Source: Pseudobdellovibrionaceae bacterium (GTDB lineage: Bacteria; Bdellovibrionota; Bdellovibrionia; Bdellovibrionales; UBA1609). Taken from it: a DNA stretch of 64,000 bases. The translations under genes were made by a program, and so were the position numbers. The notes under the pieces are model-generated. The model made no database searches and had not been told where the DNA came from. It saw only the letters and a program-made list of their open reading frames with translations. The stretch lies in assembly GCA_025354795.1 (NCBI GenBank), contig JANXMF010000075.1:3161-67160 (forward strand). Direction: 5' to 3'. Positions 9,621 to 19,953 of the stretch are shown in pieces (the stretch's first letter is position 1; each line of letters begins with the position of its first letter).

Positions 9621-10187
9621 CTATTGGAAAAATAAAATATAAATTCCAGTTCCGCCAAACAGCATCGCACTCAGTTTGTGCAAAGCCCTGGGCCGGATCA
9701 AGCGCGTGGCCCGCCGCCCGATAAAAATCGCGATCGCTGCCACCGAACACAGTGCTAGCGTCGCGGCGCTAAACACCGTCACCAAATTCGCAGGCGAGCG
9801 GGCGGCAAGCGAAGCCGTCGCCAACTGCGTGAGGTCGCCGAATTCAGCAATCAACACGGCTAAAAACGCGCGGCCCAGGGTTGCATGCGAGGGCGGCGCG
9901 CCGTGCACATCCACATCCACATCGCTCTGGGCTCGCCAACTGTGCACCGCAAAGCCTAAAAAAAGCAGCCCCGCACCCCACTGCACAACCGCCGGGGGTA
10001 ACTGTGCCAGCGCGCGGCCAAAAGTCACCGCGAGCAAAACCTGGGTCGCAAAAGCCAAGGCGGCTCCCGCAAAAACGGCGACGGCCCGCCCTCGGGTCGC
10101 CATCATCAACAATACCAGCGCGGTCTTATCGGGCAACTCGGCAAGGAAAATCACACTGTAAATAGATAAAAAAAGTTCCCAGTTCAA
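9621..10187 (-). CDS. TMEM165/GDT1 family Mn2+/Ca2+ transporter
   Basis: Two E-x-G/P-D-x-T motifs (AELPDKT, AEFGDLTQ) in a polytopic membrane protein. Confidence 0.88.
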   Translation of the reverse strand: MNWELFLSIYSVIFLAELPDKTALVLLMMATRGRAVAVFAGAALAFATQVLLAVTFGRALAQLPPAVVQWGAGLLFLGFAVHSWRAQSDVDVDVHGAPPSHATLGRAFLAVLIAEFGDLTQLATASLAARSPANLVTVFSAATLALCSVAAIAIFIGRRATRLIRPRALHKLSAMLFGGTGIYILFFQ

Positions 10188-10189
10188 TA

Positions 10190-10957
10190 CTACGCCCGAT
10201 TCAAGCGTGCGACTAAGCGCCGTACAAGCGCGCGTGGTGAAACGCGCAGGCTCTGGAGAAAAAGGCGATTGGTGAGTCCCGGTATCGCGATGGCCTGGCC
10301 CTTCATCATCGCGCGGTAACCGGTTGCGACCACTTGAGCAGCGGATCGTTGCGGCACTTTTTTAAACAACTCCGACTTCTGCACTTGCGCGACGGTGGAA
10401 AATTCGGTAGCGGTCGCGCCCGGGGCAAGGAGCGTGCAGGTTACGCCCGTCCCGAGCAGTTCCTGATGCAAAGCCTCACTTAGCGAATTGACAAAGGCTT
10501 TGCTCGCGTAATAAGTCGCCATGTAAGGGCCGGGCTGAAAACCGGCAGTCGAGCCGACGTTGAGAATGCGCCCGCTTCCGCGCTCGAGCATCGCCGGCAA
10601 GAACAGGCGTGTGAGTTCGAGCAGCGTGCGCATATTTAGATCACACATCTCGAGCTGGCGCGGCAACGTCACTTGCGCCAATGCTCCACCCGCACCAAAA
10701 CCTGCATTGTTCACCAAAAAGTCAACTTGTAAGCCAAGCTTTTGCACTTGCGAAAAGAGCTCTTGTCCCGCACCGGGTGTGCCTAAATCCATGGCAATAA
10801 TCCAAACTTTTATTTTGTCAGAGAGCTCGCTCGCAAGCTCCTTTAGGCGATCTTCACGCCGTGACACTAAAATGACGGAGTGGCCATCGCGCGCAAAGAG
10901 TCTGGCAAATTCCACTCCAAATCCTGCGGACGCTCCGGTGATTAATGCGATGCCCAT
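10190..10957 (-). CDS. short-chain dehydrogenase/reductase
   Basis: TGASAGFG, NNAG and YYASK motifs; start set to MGIALITG. Confidence 0.92.
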   Translation of the reverse strand: MGIALITGASAGFGVEFARLFARDGHSVILVSRREDRLKELASELSDKIKVWIIAMDLGTPGAGQELFSQVQKLGLQVDFLVNNAGFGAGGALAQVTLPRQLEMCDLNMRTLLELTRLFLPAMLERGSGRILNVGSTAGFQPGPYMATYYASKAFVNSLSEALHQELLGTGVTCTLLAPGATATEFSTVAQVQKSELFKKVPQRSAAQVVATGYRAMMKGQAIAIPGLTNRLFLQSLRVSPRALVRRLVARLNRA

Positions 10958-11098
10958 GTGAACTCCTGGCTGCGGCGTGGTAGGATAATAGGTCAATACT
11001 GATGCGACTCACAAGGGAAATCGGGGCTGAGGAAAATCTGATTTACTCATTTGCAATTCAATGTCATTCTCGGCGGCCACAAACGGAATGGACATCGC

Positions 11099-11578
11099 GT
11101 GAACAAGCAAAAAATTATCGCTGGTTTTATCGATCAGTTGCAAAAAGAACTCATCACCTTAAAAGCCGCGGCGCTGGCAACTCTTGAAGCCGCCACTCAC
11201 GAAGAGAGTAAACCCGAAAATGAGTACGACACGCGCGCATTGGAGGCCTCTTACCTCGCTGGCGCGCAAGCTAAACGCGCCGGTGAAATCGACGAAGTCC
11301 TGTCGCTGTTTCAGCACCTTGAATTTAAAAATTTCGACGCGCAAAGTCCGATTTCGGCCACCGCCTTGCTCGAGTTGGAAGGTCAGGGCAAGCGCAGCCA
11401 CGTGCTGCTCATGCCCATTGGCGGCGGCGTAACATTGCGTGAAAACGGCACCACGGTGCAAATCGTGACCCCGCATTCATTGCTAGGCGAGGCGCTCTTG
11501 GGCTTACGCCAGGGCGAGGAAACCGAAATCGATGTCGGCGATAAGGTGCGCGAGTATAAAATTATTTCGGTCCAGTAA
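11099..11578 (+). CDS. GreA/GreB family transcription factor-like protein
   Basis: Coiled coil with ENEYDTRALEASYLA and C-terminal VTP.S.LGEALLG; probable GTG start at 11099. Confidence 0.8.
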   Translation: MNKQKIIAGFIDQLQKELITLKAAALATLEAATHEESKPENEYDTRALEASYLAGAQAKRAGEIDEVLSLFQHLEFKNFDAQSPISATALLELEGQGKRSHVLLMPIGGGVTLRENGTTVQIVTPHSLLGEALLGLRQGEETEIDVGDKVREYKIISVQ

Positions 11579-11948
11579 AACGTCGAAAGCGGGGATCGTT
11601 GGTAAACACCATCGATTTACCCAGCGACATCAGGACCAGTACCAAAACAAAAACACACACGGCACCCGCGGCAATGAGCGTAAAGAGCACGGCCGGAAAC
11701 ACTAGAAAAAAGAGCGCCACTCCGGCCCACACCCCATCAGGGTGGCTAGCCGTTTGCGCCAAATTCACGCAAATCCAATCCAACAAAACTGCCGGCAAGA
11801 GGATCGCGGTCATGATTTTCAGCGTCTGAAAGACGATGGCGAGGCGCGCACCAAAACCGGAGGTGGGGCGCAACAGGGTGCGCCCGGGCTCGATGATTTC
11901 AGGATTTTCGAGCGAGCCCAATTTGGCTTTGCGGGTAAAAAGTTTCAT
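11562..11948 (-). CDS. hypothetical membrane protein
   Basis: Two to three hydrophobic segments; follows the EAL gene on the same strand; start uncertain. Confidence 0.55.
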   Translation of the reverse strand: MKLFTRKAKLGSLENPEIIEPGRTLLRPTSGFGARLAIVFQTLKIMTAILLPAVLLDWICVNLAQTASHPDGVWAGVALFFLVFPAVLFTLIAAGAVCVFVLVLVLMSLGKSMVFTNDPRFRRFTGPK

Positions 11949-11994
11949 ATGCTGAAAGGCGTAACATAATTTTCGTGGCTCGTCGAGTTCCCAG

Positions 11995-13191
11995 TTAAGC
12001 AGCAGCTTTTTGAACACTCTGAGAGTTTAATTTCAAAAACTGCGCCAGCGGCAAGGGCTTGCAAAACATATAGCCCTGGCCCATTTCGACACCGAGTTTT
12101 TGCAGCAGCGCAAATTCCTCAGCGGTTTCGATGCCCTCGGCAATCACTTGCAGTCCGAGTAGGTGGCCCATATGAATCAAGGATCGGATGATCGATTTTG
12201 ATTTGCGATGGCTCAGCATATTGGCCACAAAGCTACGGTCGATTTTTAAGTCTGTCAAAGGCATGGTCGCCAAGTACTGCAAACTCGAAAAGCCGGTGCC
12301 GAAATCGTCGATGGCCAGTTGGTAACCGTGCAAGCGGCACTTATTCATAGTGTTCAGGGCCTCGGGTCCGACCATCATCACGCGCTCGGTGACTTCTAAC
12401 TTAATCTGTTTGGCGTTCAAATTTAGGCGTTGGCGATGGAACTCAAGATGCTCGACAAAGTCGGGATCGCTGAATTGGCGGCCGCTGACGTTGATGCTTA
12501 CAAAGAAATCGTGCGGCATTTCGGCCACTGTCTGGAGATGATTAAGGTCTTCAAGGCACTTTTCGATGACCTGGCGGCCGGCCCGCAGTACCAGACTTGA
12601 CTGCTCAAGTATCTCGATAAACAGCAAAGGCGGAATGACATCACCTTCGGAGGAGATCCAGCGCAGCAGCGCCTCGCAGCCTCTAATTTTACATGTCTTA
12701 AGATCATAAATAGGTTGATAAAAAGGTACAAATTCTTTGTTGGTGAGGGCCACGGCCACGCGCGACTCGAGATCCATACGCTTGATCGCCGCCTGTTTGT
12801 CGGTGGCGAAAACGTTAGTAAGCAGGACCGGTAAGGAGAGCGAGCCTAGCGCATTGTCCGGCATGGACATGCGGTTGTGCAGCGATTTCAGCAGGAGGCG
12901 CACCACCGGATCGGCATCGTCGATACGCTCATTCAACAGTTCACGATTGACGTAAATCACTTGGGTTTCACCAATGGCGCGGGCGCAGGTGTGGCGGTTC
13001 TCGCCTAGGACCAGCGAGACGTCACCAAAAATATCGCCTTCACTAAGTGTCGCGAGTGGAACCTCAATATCGTCTTTGACAATAAACAGCGAAACACCCC
13101 CGCGCACGATCAAATAGGCGCAGTCACCGACATCGCCTTCGCGGTAAATCATTTCATGCGGCACAAATTTTTCTTTGGTTTTCTTGGCCAT
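11995..13191 (-). CDS. cNMP-binding domain + EAL c-di-GMP phosphodiesterase
   Basis: N-terminal IYREGD..CAYLI..G and FGD.SL....R cNMP fold; EAL, SINVS, LEVTE, DDFGTGFSSL, KIDRSF, AEGIE and QG motifs intact. Confidence 0.92.
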   Translation of the reverse strand: MAKKTKEKFVPHEMIYREGDVGDCAYLIVRGGVSLFIVKDDIEVPLATLSEGDIFGDVSLVLGENRHTCARAIGETQVIYVNRELLNERIDDADPVVRLLLKSLHNRMSMPDNALGSLSLPVLLTNVFATDKQAAIKRMDLESRVAVALTNKEFVPFYQPIYDLKTCKIRGCEALLRWISSEGDVIPPLLFIEILEQSSLVLRAGRQVIEKCLEDLNHLQTVAEMPHDFFVSINVSGRQFSDPDFVEHLEFHRQRLNLNAKQIKLEVTERVMMVGPEALNTMNKCRLHGYQLAIDDFGTGFSSLQYLATMPLTDLKIDRSFVANMLSHRKSKSIIRSLIHMGHLLGLQVIAEGIETAEEFALLQKLGVEMGQGYMFCKPLPLAQFLKLNSQSVQKAAA

Positions 13192-13197
13192 GGAGAA

Positions 13198-13225
13198 CTA
13201 TCGGCATTTTAAGTGCGCAAATGGA
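13198..13225 (-). promoter_or_regulatory. sigma28-like promoter of the cNMP-EAL gene
   Basis: TCCA-N16-GCCGATAG on the minus strand, 6 nt before the ATG. Confidence 0.5.
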
Positions 13226-13272
13226 GAGCCCCTAGCTTGACACCTGGATTAAGGACGGGTCGAATCAAAACG

Positions 13273-13992
13273 ATGGCGCTCACGATTACCGGATTGCAAA
13301 AAAGCTTCAACGGCGGCCGCACCCTGTATGGTGGATTCTCGGCGCGGCTTAAGGCCGGTGAGTTTGTGAGCTTGGTGGGCCCCAGCGGCAGCGGCAAATC
13401 GACACTGCTGCGTTTGCTCGCGGGTCTAGACCGACCATCGCAAGGTCGGATTGAGTCAGGCCCCGGTGTGCGCTTGGGCTTGGTTTTTCAAGAGCCGCGT
13501 TTGCTTCCGTGGCTTAACACCGAGGAAAATATTTTGCTGGGTGCAGAGCTCCTCCACCAGCGTGTCGTCGGCACGACGTTAGGCAAGACGCTGCAATTGG
13601 TGCGCCTTGAGCCCACGGTGCTGGCGCTTTTTCCGCACCAGCTCAGTGGCGGCATGAAGATGCGTGTCTCCTTGGCGCGCACTCTGATTATGGCGCCGGA
13701 GATTCTCTTGCTCGACGAACCCTTTGCCGCGCTTGATGAGACCACCCGCCATTTGTTACAAGAGGAAGTCTCACGCATTTTTGAGGCGCAGCCGCGGCTT
13801 ACGGTTTTGGTTACCCATTCGCTTTCAGAAGCGCTGTTTTTATCGGACCGGATTTTACTGCTGGACAGTAACGGTCAGCTGCGGGGCGAGACTTCGGTTG
13901 ACTTGCCGCGGCCGCGTAGCGCGGATATGCGTGTACAAATCGAATTTATAGAGCAGCTAATGAATTTGCAGCGGAGCATACGCGATGTTTAA
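13273..13992 (+). CDS. NitT/TauT family ABC transporter ATP-binding protein
   Basis: GPSGSGKS, VFQEPRLLPW, LSGGM and LLLDEPFAALD motifs; start set to ATG 13273. Confidence 0.92.
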   Translation: MALTITGLQKSFNGGRTLYGGFSARLKAGEFVSLVGPSGSGKSTLLRLLAGLDRPSQGRIESGPGVRLGLVFQEPRLLPWLNTEENILLGAELLHQRVVGTTLGKTLQLVRLEPTVLALFPHQLSGGMKMRVSLARTLIMAPEILLLDEPFAALDETTRHLLQEEVSRIFEAQPRLTVLVTHSLSEALFLSDRILLLDSNGQLRGETSVDLPRPRSADMRVQIEFIEQLMNLQRSIRDV

Positions 13993-14740
13993 GTCCGGAC
14001 GACAGATTTTCCCGCCGTTGATGTTTTTGGGCGGAGTAATAGTCGTGCTCGAAGTCGTGGTGCGCGGAGGGGTGGTCGCGGCCTACCTGCTGCCGGCCCC
14101 GTCGCAGGTGCTGAGTGCGGCGTGGGAATTCCGTGCGGATCTGGGCGCCGCCCTGGTGTCCACCACTCGGGCCACGCTTTGTGGTTTGTTTCTGAGTTTG
14201 GGGCTAGGATTGGGTTTGGCCCTGCTGCTTAATCTTTCGAGTTTTATGCGCCGAGCGCTTTTTCCGATCGCGGTTTTCTTTCAGACCGTACCAATCATTG
14301 CGGTTGCGCCGTTGTTGGTGATTTGGTTTGGCTATGGCGAGCCCACAGTGCGGGCTTCGGCGGCGATCGTGGCGTTTTTCCCTATCCTTTCCAATGCGCT
14401 GGTCGGGCTCGATTCCGCGGCGCGCGGGCATTTGGAACTTTTTCAGGTGCTGCGTGCGTCGCGCTTGCAGACGTTGTGGAAGCTGCAAATTCCCAGTGGT
14501 TTGCGGGCGTTTTTCGCCGGTCTACGGGTAGCGGCAGGGCTTGCCGTGGTAGGGGCATTGGTGGGAGAGTTCGTGGGCGGTGGCGGTTTGGGGTCGCTAC
14601 TTGATTCCGCCCGCACCCAGCAGCGGGTCGATCTGGTTTTCGCTTGTATCATGCTTTCCGCAGCCCTGGGTTTACTTTTGGTCGGCGCATTTTTCTTAGT
14701 GGAATATTGGATATGCCGTTGGCGGCCATTTTATGAATGA
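13985..14740 (+). CDS. NitT/TauT family ABC transporter permease
   Basis: LLPAPS.V, QTVP.IAVAPL..IWFG and VGE...G..GLG motifs. Confidence 0.9.
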   Translation: MFKSGRQIFPPLMFLGGVIVVLEVVVRGGVVAAYLLPAPSQVLSAAWEFRADLGAALVSTTRATLCGLFLSLGLGLGLALLLNLSSFMRRALFPIAVFFQTVPIIAVAPLLVIWFGYGEPTVRASAAIVAFFPILSNALVGLDSAARGHLELFQVLRASRLQTLWKLQIPSGLRAFFAGLRVAAGLAVVGALVGEFVGGGGLGSLLDSARTQQRVDLVFACIMLSAALGLLLVGAFFLVEYWICRWRPFYE

Positions 14741-15666
14741 GGATTTCTATGCTCAAGTTTCTTTTACTAACCCTTTCGCTGGTGAGTGCTAAACCGCTTC
14801 GGCTGTCCTTAAACTGGAAGCCGGAGCCGCAGTTCGGAGGTTTTTACCAGGCCGAGCAAGCGGGTCTGTTCAAAAAGGCCAAGCTCGACGTGGCGATTCT
14901 GCCCGGAGGATCGGGAACACCCACGGTGCAGATGTTGATGGCGGGAAAGACCGAGTACGCTGTGGTGAGCGCCGATGAGCTAGTGGTGGCCCGTGATCAC
15001 GGCGGTACGGATTTAATTGCGATCTTCGCAGTCTTCCAAACTAATCCGCAGTGCCTAATGAGCCATGCGGAAAAAAAATACACACAGCTGTCCGATATGT
15101 TGGCGGACGAAAAGGCTTTGCTGCTATGGCAGGCCGGGCTTCCGTACGCACAGTTCTTAAAGAAAAAGCCGATGCACATTCGCACCGCCCCCTATATGGG
15201 AGGTATCTCTACCTTTATCCATGGTCCCGAAGTGACTCAGCAGTGTTTCGCGGCCTCCGAGCCGCTCGCGGCCCGGCGCCAAGGCCTAAAAGTAAAAGTG
15301 TTTATGATCGCCGACGCAGGTTACAATCCCTACACCACGGTTTTGGCCACGCGGCGCTCAAATTTAAAAGAGCACCCAGCCGAAGTGAAGCAGATGGTCG
15401 CGACCGTCCGCCAGGGTTGGAGCGAGTATTTGCATGACCCGGTACCAGCGAATCGGTTTATGATGACTCTCAATCCAGCCATGGATGCACGCACCTTTAG
15501 CGAAGGCGCTAAGGCGCAGGAGCTATTGGTGCGCACCGCCGAGACGGGCAAAGATCATTTAGGTATCATGAGCGAAGCGCGCTGGAAGGCATTGGTTGAA
15601 CAGTTGCACGACCTTCAGGTGATCCACTCCACTCCGCCAGCTACTGAGCTGTTTGAGAATCCGTGA
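14737..15666 (+). CDS. ABC substrate-binding protein, NMT1/THI5-like
   Basis: Signal peptide; LNWKPEPQFGGFYQA...G.F motif; operon context. Confidence 0.85.
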   Translation: MRISMLKFLLLTLSLVSAKPLRLSLNWKPEPQFGGFYQAEQAGLFKKAKLDVAILPGGSGTPTVQMLMAGKTEYAVVSADELVVARDHGGTDLIAIFAVFQTNPQCLMSHAEKKYTQLSDMLADEKALLLWQAGLPYAQFLKKKPMHIRTAPYMGGISTFIHGPEVTQQCFAASEPLAARRQGLKVKVFMIADAGYNPYTTVLATRRSNLKEHPAEVKQMVATVRQGWSEYLHDPVPANRFMMTLNPAMDARTFSEGAKAQELLVRTAETGKDHLGIMSEARWKALVEQLHDLQVIHSTPPATELFENP

Positions 15667-16844
15667 ACCTGTTCATATTCCTCTTATTTAGTGTGGTGGT
15701 TCACGCCGATGACTTTCCCTTCAGTTACGAGGATTCTCGCGCGCAATTTGTCGCACTTTGTTTAGAGGCACGCAAGACTCCGCAGGATTACTGCGAGAAA
15801 TTTAAGGTGCCGAGCGCGCGCGATGCCGATCTCACCATTGACTATGGTTACTTTTCCAGACCCGGGAACGCAGGTTTAGTGGTGCTGCAGTCAGGAATCC
15901 ATGGTCCGGAAAGCTATGCCGGCGCGGCGGTGCAAAAATTATTTTTGCGCAAGTATCTGACGACCTACCTCGAGCATGGCGTTGACGTCTTGTTGATTCA
16001 TGCGCTCAATCCCTACGGTTTTAAGTACGCGACCCGAGCGGATGAGGACAATATCAATCTTAATCGCAATTTCAGTAGCGACGGCCTGATCTACCAGGTT
16101 CACAACGAAGGCTATGTCCGCATGCGCGATATGTTTGAGCCGCAGGGCCCGGTGAATTCGGTGTGGTGGTCTTCGCTGATGAGTCACGTGAGGATTGCCA
16201 CTAAATTTATTTCACTGATGTTCCATAGCCGCGAGATCTATCAAGCCATGAATTCAGGACAATTTGAATCTCCCAAAGGACTTAGCTATGGCGGTCACAA
16301 AGGCCAAATTCAACACCTGTTCTTACAGAAGCTCTTGCCGCCACTATTTGCGGCCCATTCCGGCGCTATTTTGTTCTTAGATTTTCACACGGGATTAGGT
16401 CAGGCCGGTACACTCCAAATCCTGAACGGTCTTGACCCCGACGCTAAACTTCTCAAGGCCGTGCACGCAAGAGTGGATGCGCTCCACACCGAGAAAATAG
16501 AAATGGTTGATGCCAGCGACCGCTCTCATCCCGATTATTACACGACCTATGGCGACGTCACCGATTTCGCCGTAAAGCTCGGGCCCCAACCTAACAGAAT
16601 TCTCGGTTTAACCATGGAGTATGGGACCATGCCGCTCAATATCCTGGGAAAGCTGCGCTCAGCAAGTCGCATGATTCTACACAACCAGGCGCACGCCTTC
16701 GGCTGTAGCACCCCTGAGGTGTGTGCGGAGGTCGATCAAAATTTCCTCGAGATGTTTAATCCGCTAGATCCGGTCTGGCGTCAAAAGGTAGTCTCAAAGG
16801 CTGATCAGGTTTTTTCGGTGTTGGTGAATTGGTTTTCAGTTTGA
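15663..16844 (+). CDS. secreted M14-type zinc carboxypeptidase-like protein (DUF2817-like)
   Basis: SGIHGPE, NPYG, NLNRNF, DFHTGLG and EYGT motifs; signal peptide. Confidence 0.8.
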   Translation: MNLFIFLLFSVVVHADDFPFSYEDSRAQFVALCLEARKTPQDYCEKFKVPSARDADLTIDYGYFSRPGNAGLVVLQSGIHGPESYAGAAVQKLFLRKYLTTYLEHGVDVLLIHALNPYGFKYATRADEDNINLNRNFSSDGLIYQVHNEGYVRMRDMFEPQGPVNSVWWSSLMSHVRIATKFISLMFHSREIYQAMNSGQFESPKGLSYGGHKGQIQHLFLQKLLPPLFAAHSGAILFLDFHTGLGQAGTLQILNGLDPDAKLLKAVHARVDALHTEKIEMVDASDRSHPDYYTTYGDVTDFAVKLGPQPNRILGLTMEYGTMPLNILGKLRSASRMILHNQAHAFGCSTPEVCAEVDQNFLEMFNPLDPVWRQKVVSKADQVFSVLVNWFSV

Positions 16845-16876
16845 CCGCAACCGCCATCTCGGTTGATATGCCCAAC

Positions 16877-18337
16877 ATGAAGACGGCCATCGTTTTGAGC
16901 ACGCTGAACGCCCGCTATAACCATGCCAGCCTCGGTTTGCGCTATCTGCACGCCAATCTGGGCAAACATCGCCACCACGCGATTTTGCACGAAGCCACCA
17001 TCAAGACCCCGCCCGACCAGGTTGCCCGCGAGATCTTAGCACGCTCCCCCCGCTTGGTCGGATTTGGAGTTTACATTTGGAACACCTCGCAAACTCTTGA
17101 GGTTGTACGCCAACTCAAGCAGCAGGCCCCTGAGCTGCTGATCGTGCTCGGTGGACCTGAGATCAGCTTTGAGACCGAATCACAGATTTTATTTAGTGAA
17201 ACCGATTTTGTGTTCAAAGGCGAAGCCGATTTCACCTTCCGCGATTTCGTCGCGACCTGGCTGGAAGATGGGATCCTTCCCCTAAGTAAAGTCATCGAGC
17301 CCCGGTTGCCGGACTTGAAATCCATAGTTTTGCCGTACTCAGAATATAGCGACGAAGACATTCGCCACCGCACTCTCTACGTCGAAGCCTCGCGCGGCTG
17401 CCCCTACAAATGCGAGTACTGCTTGTCCGCCCTAGACCTTTCGGTCCGCAATTTCGATAGCGAGCGATTTTTAAATGAAATGCAACGACTGATTGAACGG
17501 GGAGCCCGGCAGTTCAAATTCGTTGACCGCACCTTCAATCTTTCACCCGCGACCAGCACCCGTATTCTCCAGTTTTTTCTGGAACATATTCACCTTGGTC
17601 TCTTTCTGCATTTCGAATTGGTGCCAGATCGCTTGCCCGATGAACTTAAAACGCTGATTGAACAGTACCCGCCGGGATCGTTGCAATTCGAGATTGGCAT
17701 TCAGACTTGGAATCCAGACGTCGCCCGCAATGTGAGCCGTCGGCAAAATTACGAGCGCATCGTCGCCAACCTAACTTATTTGCGCGAAAAAACCGGAGTG
17801 CATACGCACGCGGATCTCATTGTTGGATTGCCGGGCGAGTCCTGGACCAGCTTTGTCGCAGGCTTCAATGCGCTCTATGAACTGCAGCCCGATGAAATTC
17901 AAGTTGGTCTGTTGAAGCGACTGAAGGGTACTCCTATTATTCGCCACGATCATAAGTTCGCCATGAAGTATTGCGCGGACGTGCCGTTTCAAATTCTTGC
18001 CAACAAAGACCTCGACGCTGACCAGGTCCTGGCCCTAAAAATTTTCGCCGATTTCTGGAATGCGATCGCCAATTCGGGGCGATTTCCGGGGCTACATGCC
18101 CTCGTGCGTGAACAGCGGCGGCACGACCCATTTACATTTTTCAACGATCTGGCCCAACACCTTTTTTGCGTGTTTGGACGTACGCATTCCATTCATCTTA
18201 AGGAACTCGAGAGCGAAATTTGCGATTACTTACGAACCAATGGCTGGGATGAGTGTCATGGAACGTCACCGACATTGTTACGGCGAGGTCATGGCGCGAT
18301 CCCCGCGCGGCAGGCCCGGCATTTGGGGATAGGCTAG
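16877..18337 (+). CDS. B12-binding radical SAM protein
   Basis: N-terminal cobalamin-binding domain (GVYIWN, LGGPE, GEA) and SRGCPYKCEYC; start set to ATG 16877. Confidence 0.9.
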   Translation: MKTAIVLSTLNARYNHASLGLRYLHANLGKHRHHAILHEATIKTPPDQVAREILARSPRLVGFGVYIWNTSQTLEVVRQLKQQAPELLIVLGGPEISFETESQILFSETDFVFKGEADFTFRDFVATWLEDGILPLSKVIEPRLPDLKSIVLPYSEYSDEDIRHRTLYVEASRGCPYKCEYCLSALDLSVRNFDSERFLNEMQRLIERGARQFKFVDRTFNLSPATSTRILQFFLEHIHLGLFLHFELVPDRLPDELKTLIEQYPPGSLQFEIGIQTWNPDVARNVSRRQNYERIVANLTYLREKTGVHTHADLIVGLPGESWTSFVAGFNALYELQPDEIQVGLLKRLKGTPIIRHDHKFAMKYCADVPFQILANKDLDADQVLALKIFADFWNAIANSGRFPGLHALVREQRRHDPFTFFNDLAQHLFCVFGRTHSIHLKELESEICDYLRTNGWDECHGTSPTLLRRGHGAIPARQARHLGIG

Positions 18338-18384
18338 GGTCTGTCTGCCAGTTTCTTGGGGACTCGGGCTCCTGCCCATGCCGC
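18338..18384 (+). repeat. truncated (one-ended) copy of a MITE-like element
   Basis: 18341-18384 matches 23053-23096 at 43 of 44 nt; begins right after CTAG, which contains the upstream gene's stop codon. Confidence 0.85.
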
Positions 18385-18492
18385 ACGTGTGTAACTGTTT
18401 TTAGGCGGACCGAGGCATGATTTTGTGGCTTCCTTGAGTATTTAGGCGACTGGCCTGTTATCCACTGCGATTTTTGCCGAAACGCTCAGTGC

Positions 18493-19953
18493 ATGCGGGA
18501 CGAGCCAAAACGCGCAGTAGGCGCCAATATTTTCCTAAAACCTCGACAAGTCGAGATCGAAGCGCGCCTTGGTAAGCGGGTCGACATTCGCGAAAATGAC
18601 GGGGTTACGGCCGAGATCTTACACGGCGGGACGTTTGTGCCGGTGCGAGTTTGGGATCTGACAACTTCGGGTGCTTGTGTTGTCACCCGCGAAAGCCTTA
18701 ATTTTAAAATGGGCGACTCGGTCCAGATGCGTATCTGTTTTTTGACCGGCCAGATGGTGACTTCAGATTATCGTATTTGCTGGGTGAAGGATCGCGCCAG
18801 TGGTCAAAAGGTGGGCTTGAAAATGTTGGCGGATCAGGGCGGTGAACGGCCACTGCCGGAAGCACAAGACAACATGCTGCGACTGACCTCCAGCTATCCT
18901 ATTAGCGGTTACATTTACAATCACGTGAACTACCAGGAGCGATCAATTTTCAGGCTGGTCGCCATATCCGCGGGCAAAATCATCCTTGATGTTTTAGACC
19001 GGGAACATTTGTTTTTCCCTCAGCAAACCATTGAATTGCATTTTTCATTGCAAACGTCGTCGTCCGAAACGCTTTTTGGCAAGATCGCCCGCGTTTTGCA
19101 AGTGAAACGCGATTCGGTTCGCTTGCTGATCGAGGTACCAGGCGAGGTTCTGTCGAAGCGGCTCGAGCGCGACATCATAAATCATTTGATTTTAGATCCT
19201 GGCCTTAACATGGAAAAGATACGCAACGCCGGCTTTAAGATTCGCAATATTGCGAGCGGCTTTCGCTTTAGATTTGTCCGGACCCAAGAGGAATATGAGC
19301 AGGTCCTCAAGCTGCGTTTTGCGGCCTATGAAGCTGCCGGAAAACTGCCTGAAGGCGCAACCTTACACACAGTGATTGCGCCGCTGGATCGGATTAGCCG
19401 CATTCTAATTGCCCTGCATGGAGATAACGTAGTGGCTTCGGTCGCCATGTCGTTTCCTGAAACCGAAGATGTCATTTTGGACACTGAAAAACCGCTGAAG
19501 GGTGGTTACCAAGGCAAGGTCCCGCAAAAGACCGAGATGATTGAAATCGCACGTTTATGTACGGCCCCTGAATATCGGGGTGGTGACCTTCTGCTCCGCA
19601 TGTTCGAACATATTTATCGAATCTTTGCGACTTCAGGGCGTCGCTATTTAATTTCCAGCACCGATAAGAAGCTCTGGCCTATTTATAAGAACCTTGGATT
19701 CAAAAAAGTAGGCCTCTCCTATCCCCATCCTTATTTGGCGGGAATGATTCACGAAGTGATTCTCATTGATTTAACGGTGCCAGTGACCGGAGCTTCAATT
19801 GGATTATTGCGCTGGCATTACTTGTATTCCAAAATGACGGAATTCATGCAACGGCGACAACCGCTGAAGCGCACCGGTGTCGGCCGCCTTCGCTATCTCA
19901 CTTTTCTGGGCGCCTCGAAAGTAATTGGCATTATCGAACGACTGCGGTCCTAA
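18493..19953 (+). CDS. PilZ domain + GNAT (FeeM/N-acyl amino acid synthase-like) protein
   Basis: RLGKR and DLTTSG resemble the PilZ RxxxR and DxSxxG motifs; a second beta-rich domain follows; C-terminal LRFAAY, EIARLC..PEYRG and Y..LGF GNAT motifs. Confidence 0.75.
   Translation: MRDEPKRAVGANIFLKPRQVEIEARLGKRVDIRENDGVTAEILHGGTFVPVRVWDLTTSGACVVTRESLNFKMGDSVQMRICFLTGQMVTSDYRICWVKDRASGQKVGLKMLADQGGERPLPEAQDNMLRLTSSYPISGYIYNHVNYQERSIFRLVAISAGKIILDVLDREHLFFPQQTIELHFSLQTSSSETLFGKIARVLQVKRDSVRLLIEVPGEVLSKRLERDIINHLILDPGLNMEKIRNAGFKIRNIASGFRFRFVRTQEEYEQVLKLRFAAYEAAGKLPEGATLHTVIAPLDRISRILIALHGDNVVASVAMSFPETEDVILDTEKPLKGGYQGKVPQKTEMIEIARLCTAPEYRGGDLLLRMFEHIYRIFATSGRRYLISSTDKKLWPIYKNLGFKKVGLSYPHPYLAGMIHEVILIDLTVPVTGASIGLLRWHYLYSKMTEFMQRRQPLKRTGVGRLRYLTFLGASKVIGIIERLRS

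Noticed and set aside
13192..13272. TPP riboswitch upstream of the THI5-like ABC transporter
   Set aside because: The 81-nt gap holds divergent promoter-like motifs and has no CTGAGA-type core.
18458..18466. DnaA-box-like TTATCCACT
   Set aside because: A single imperfect box with no cluster or origin context.
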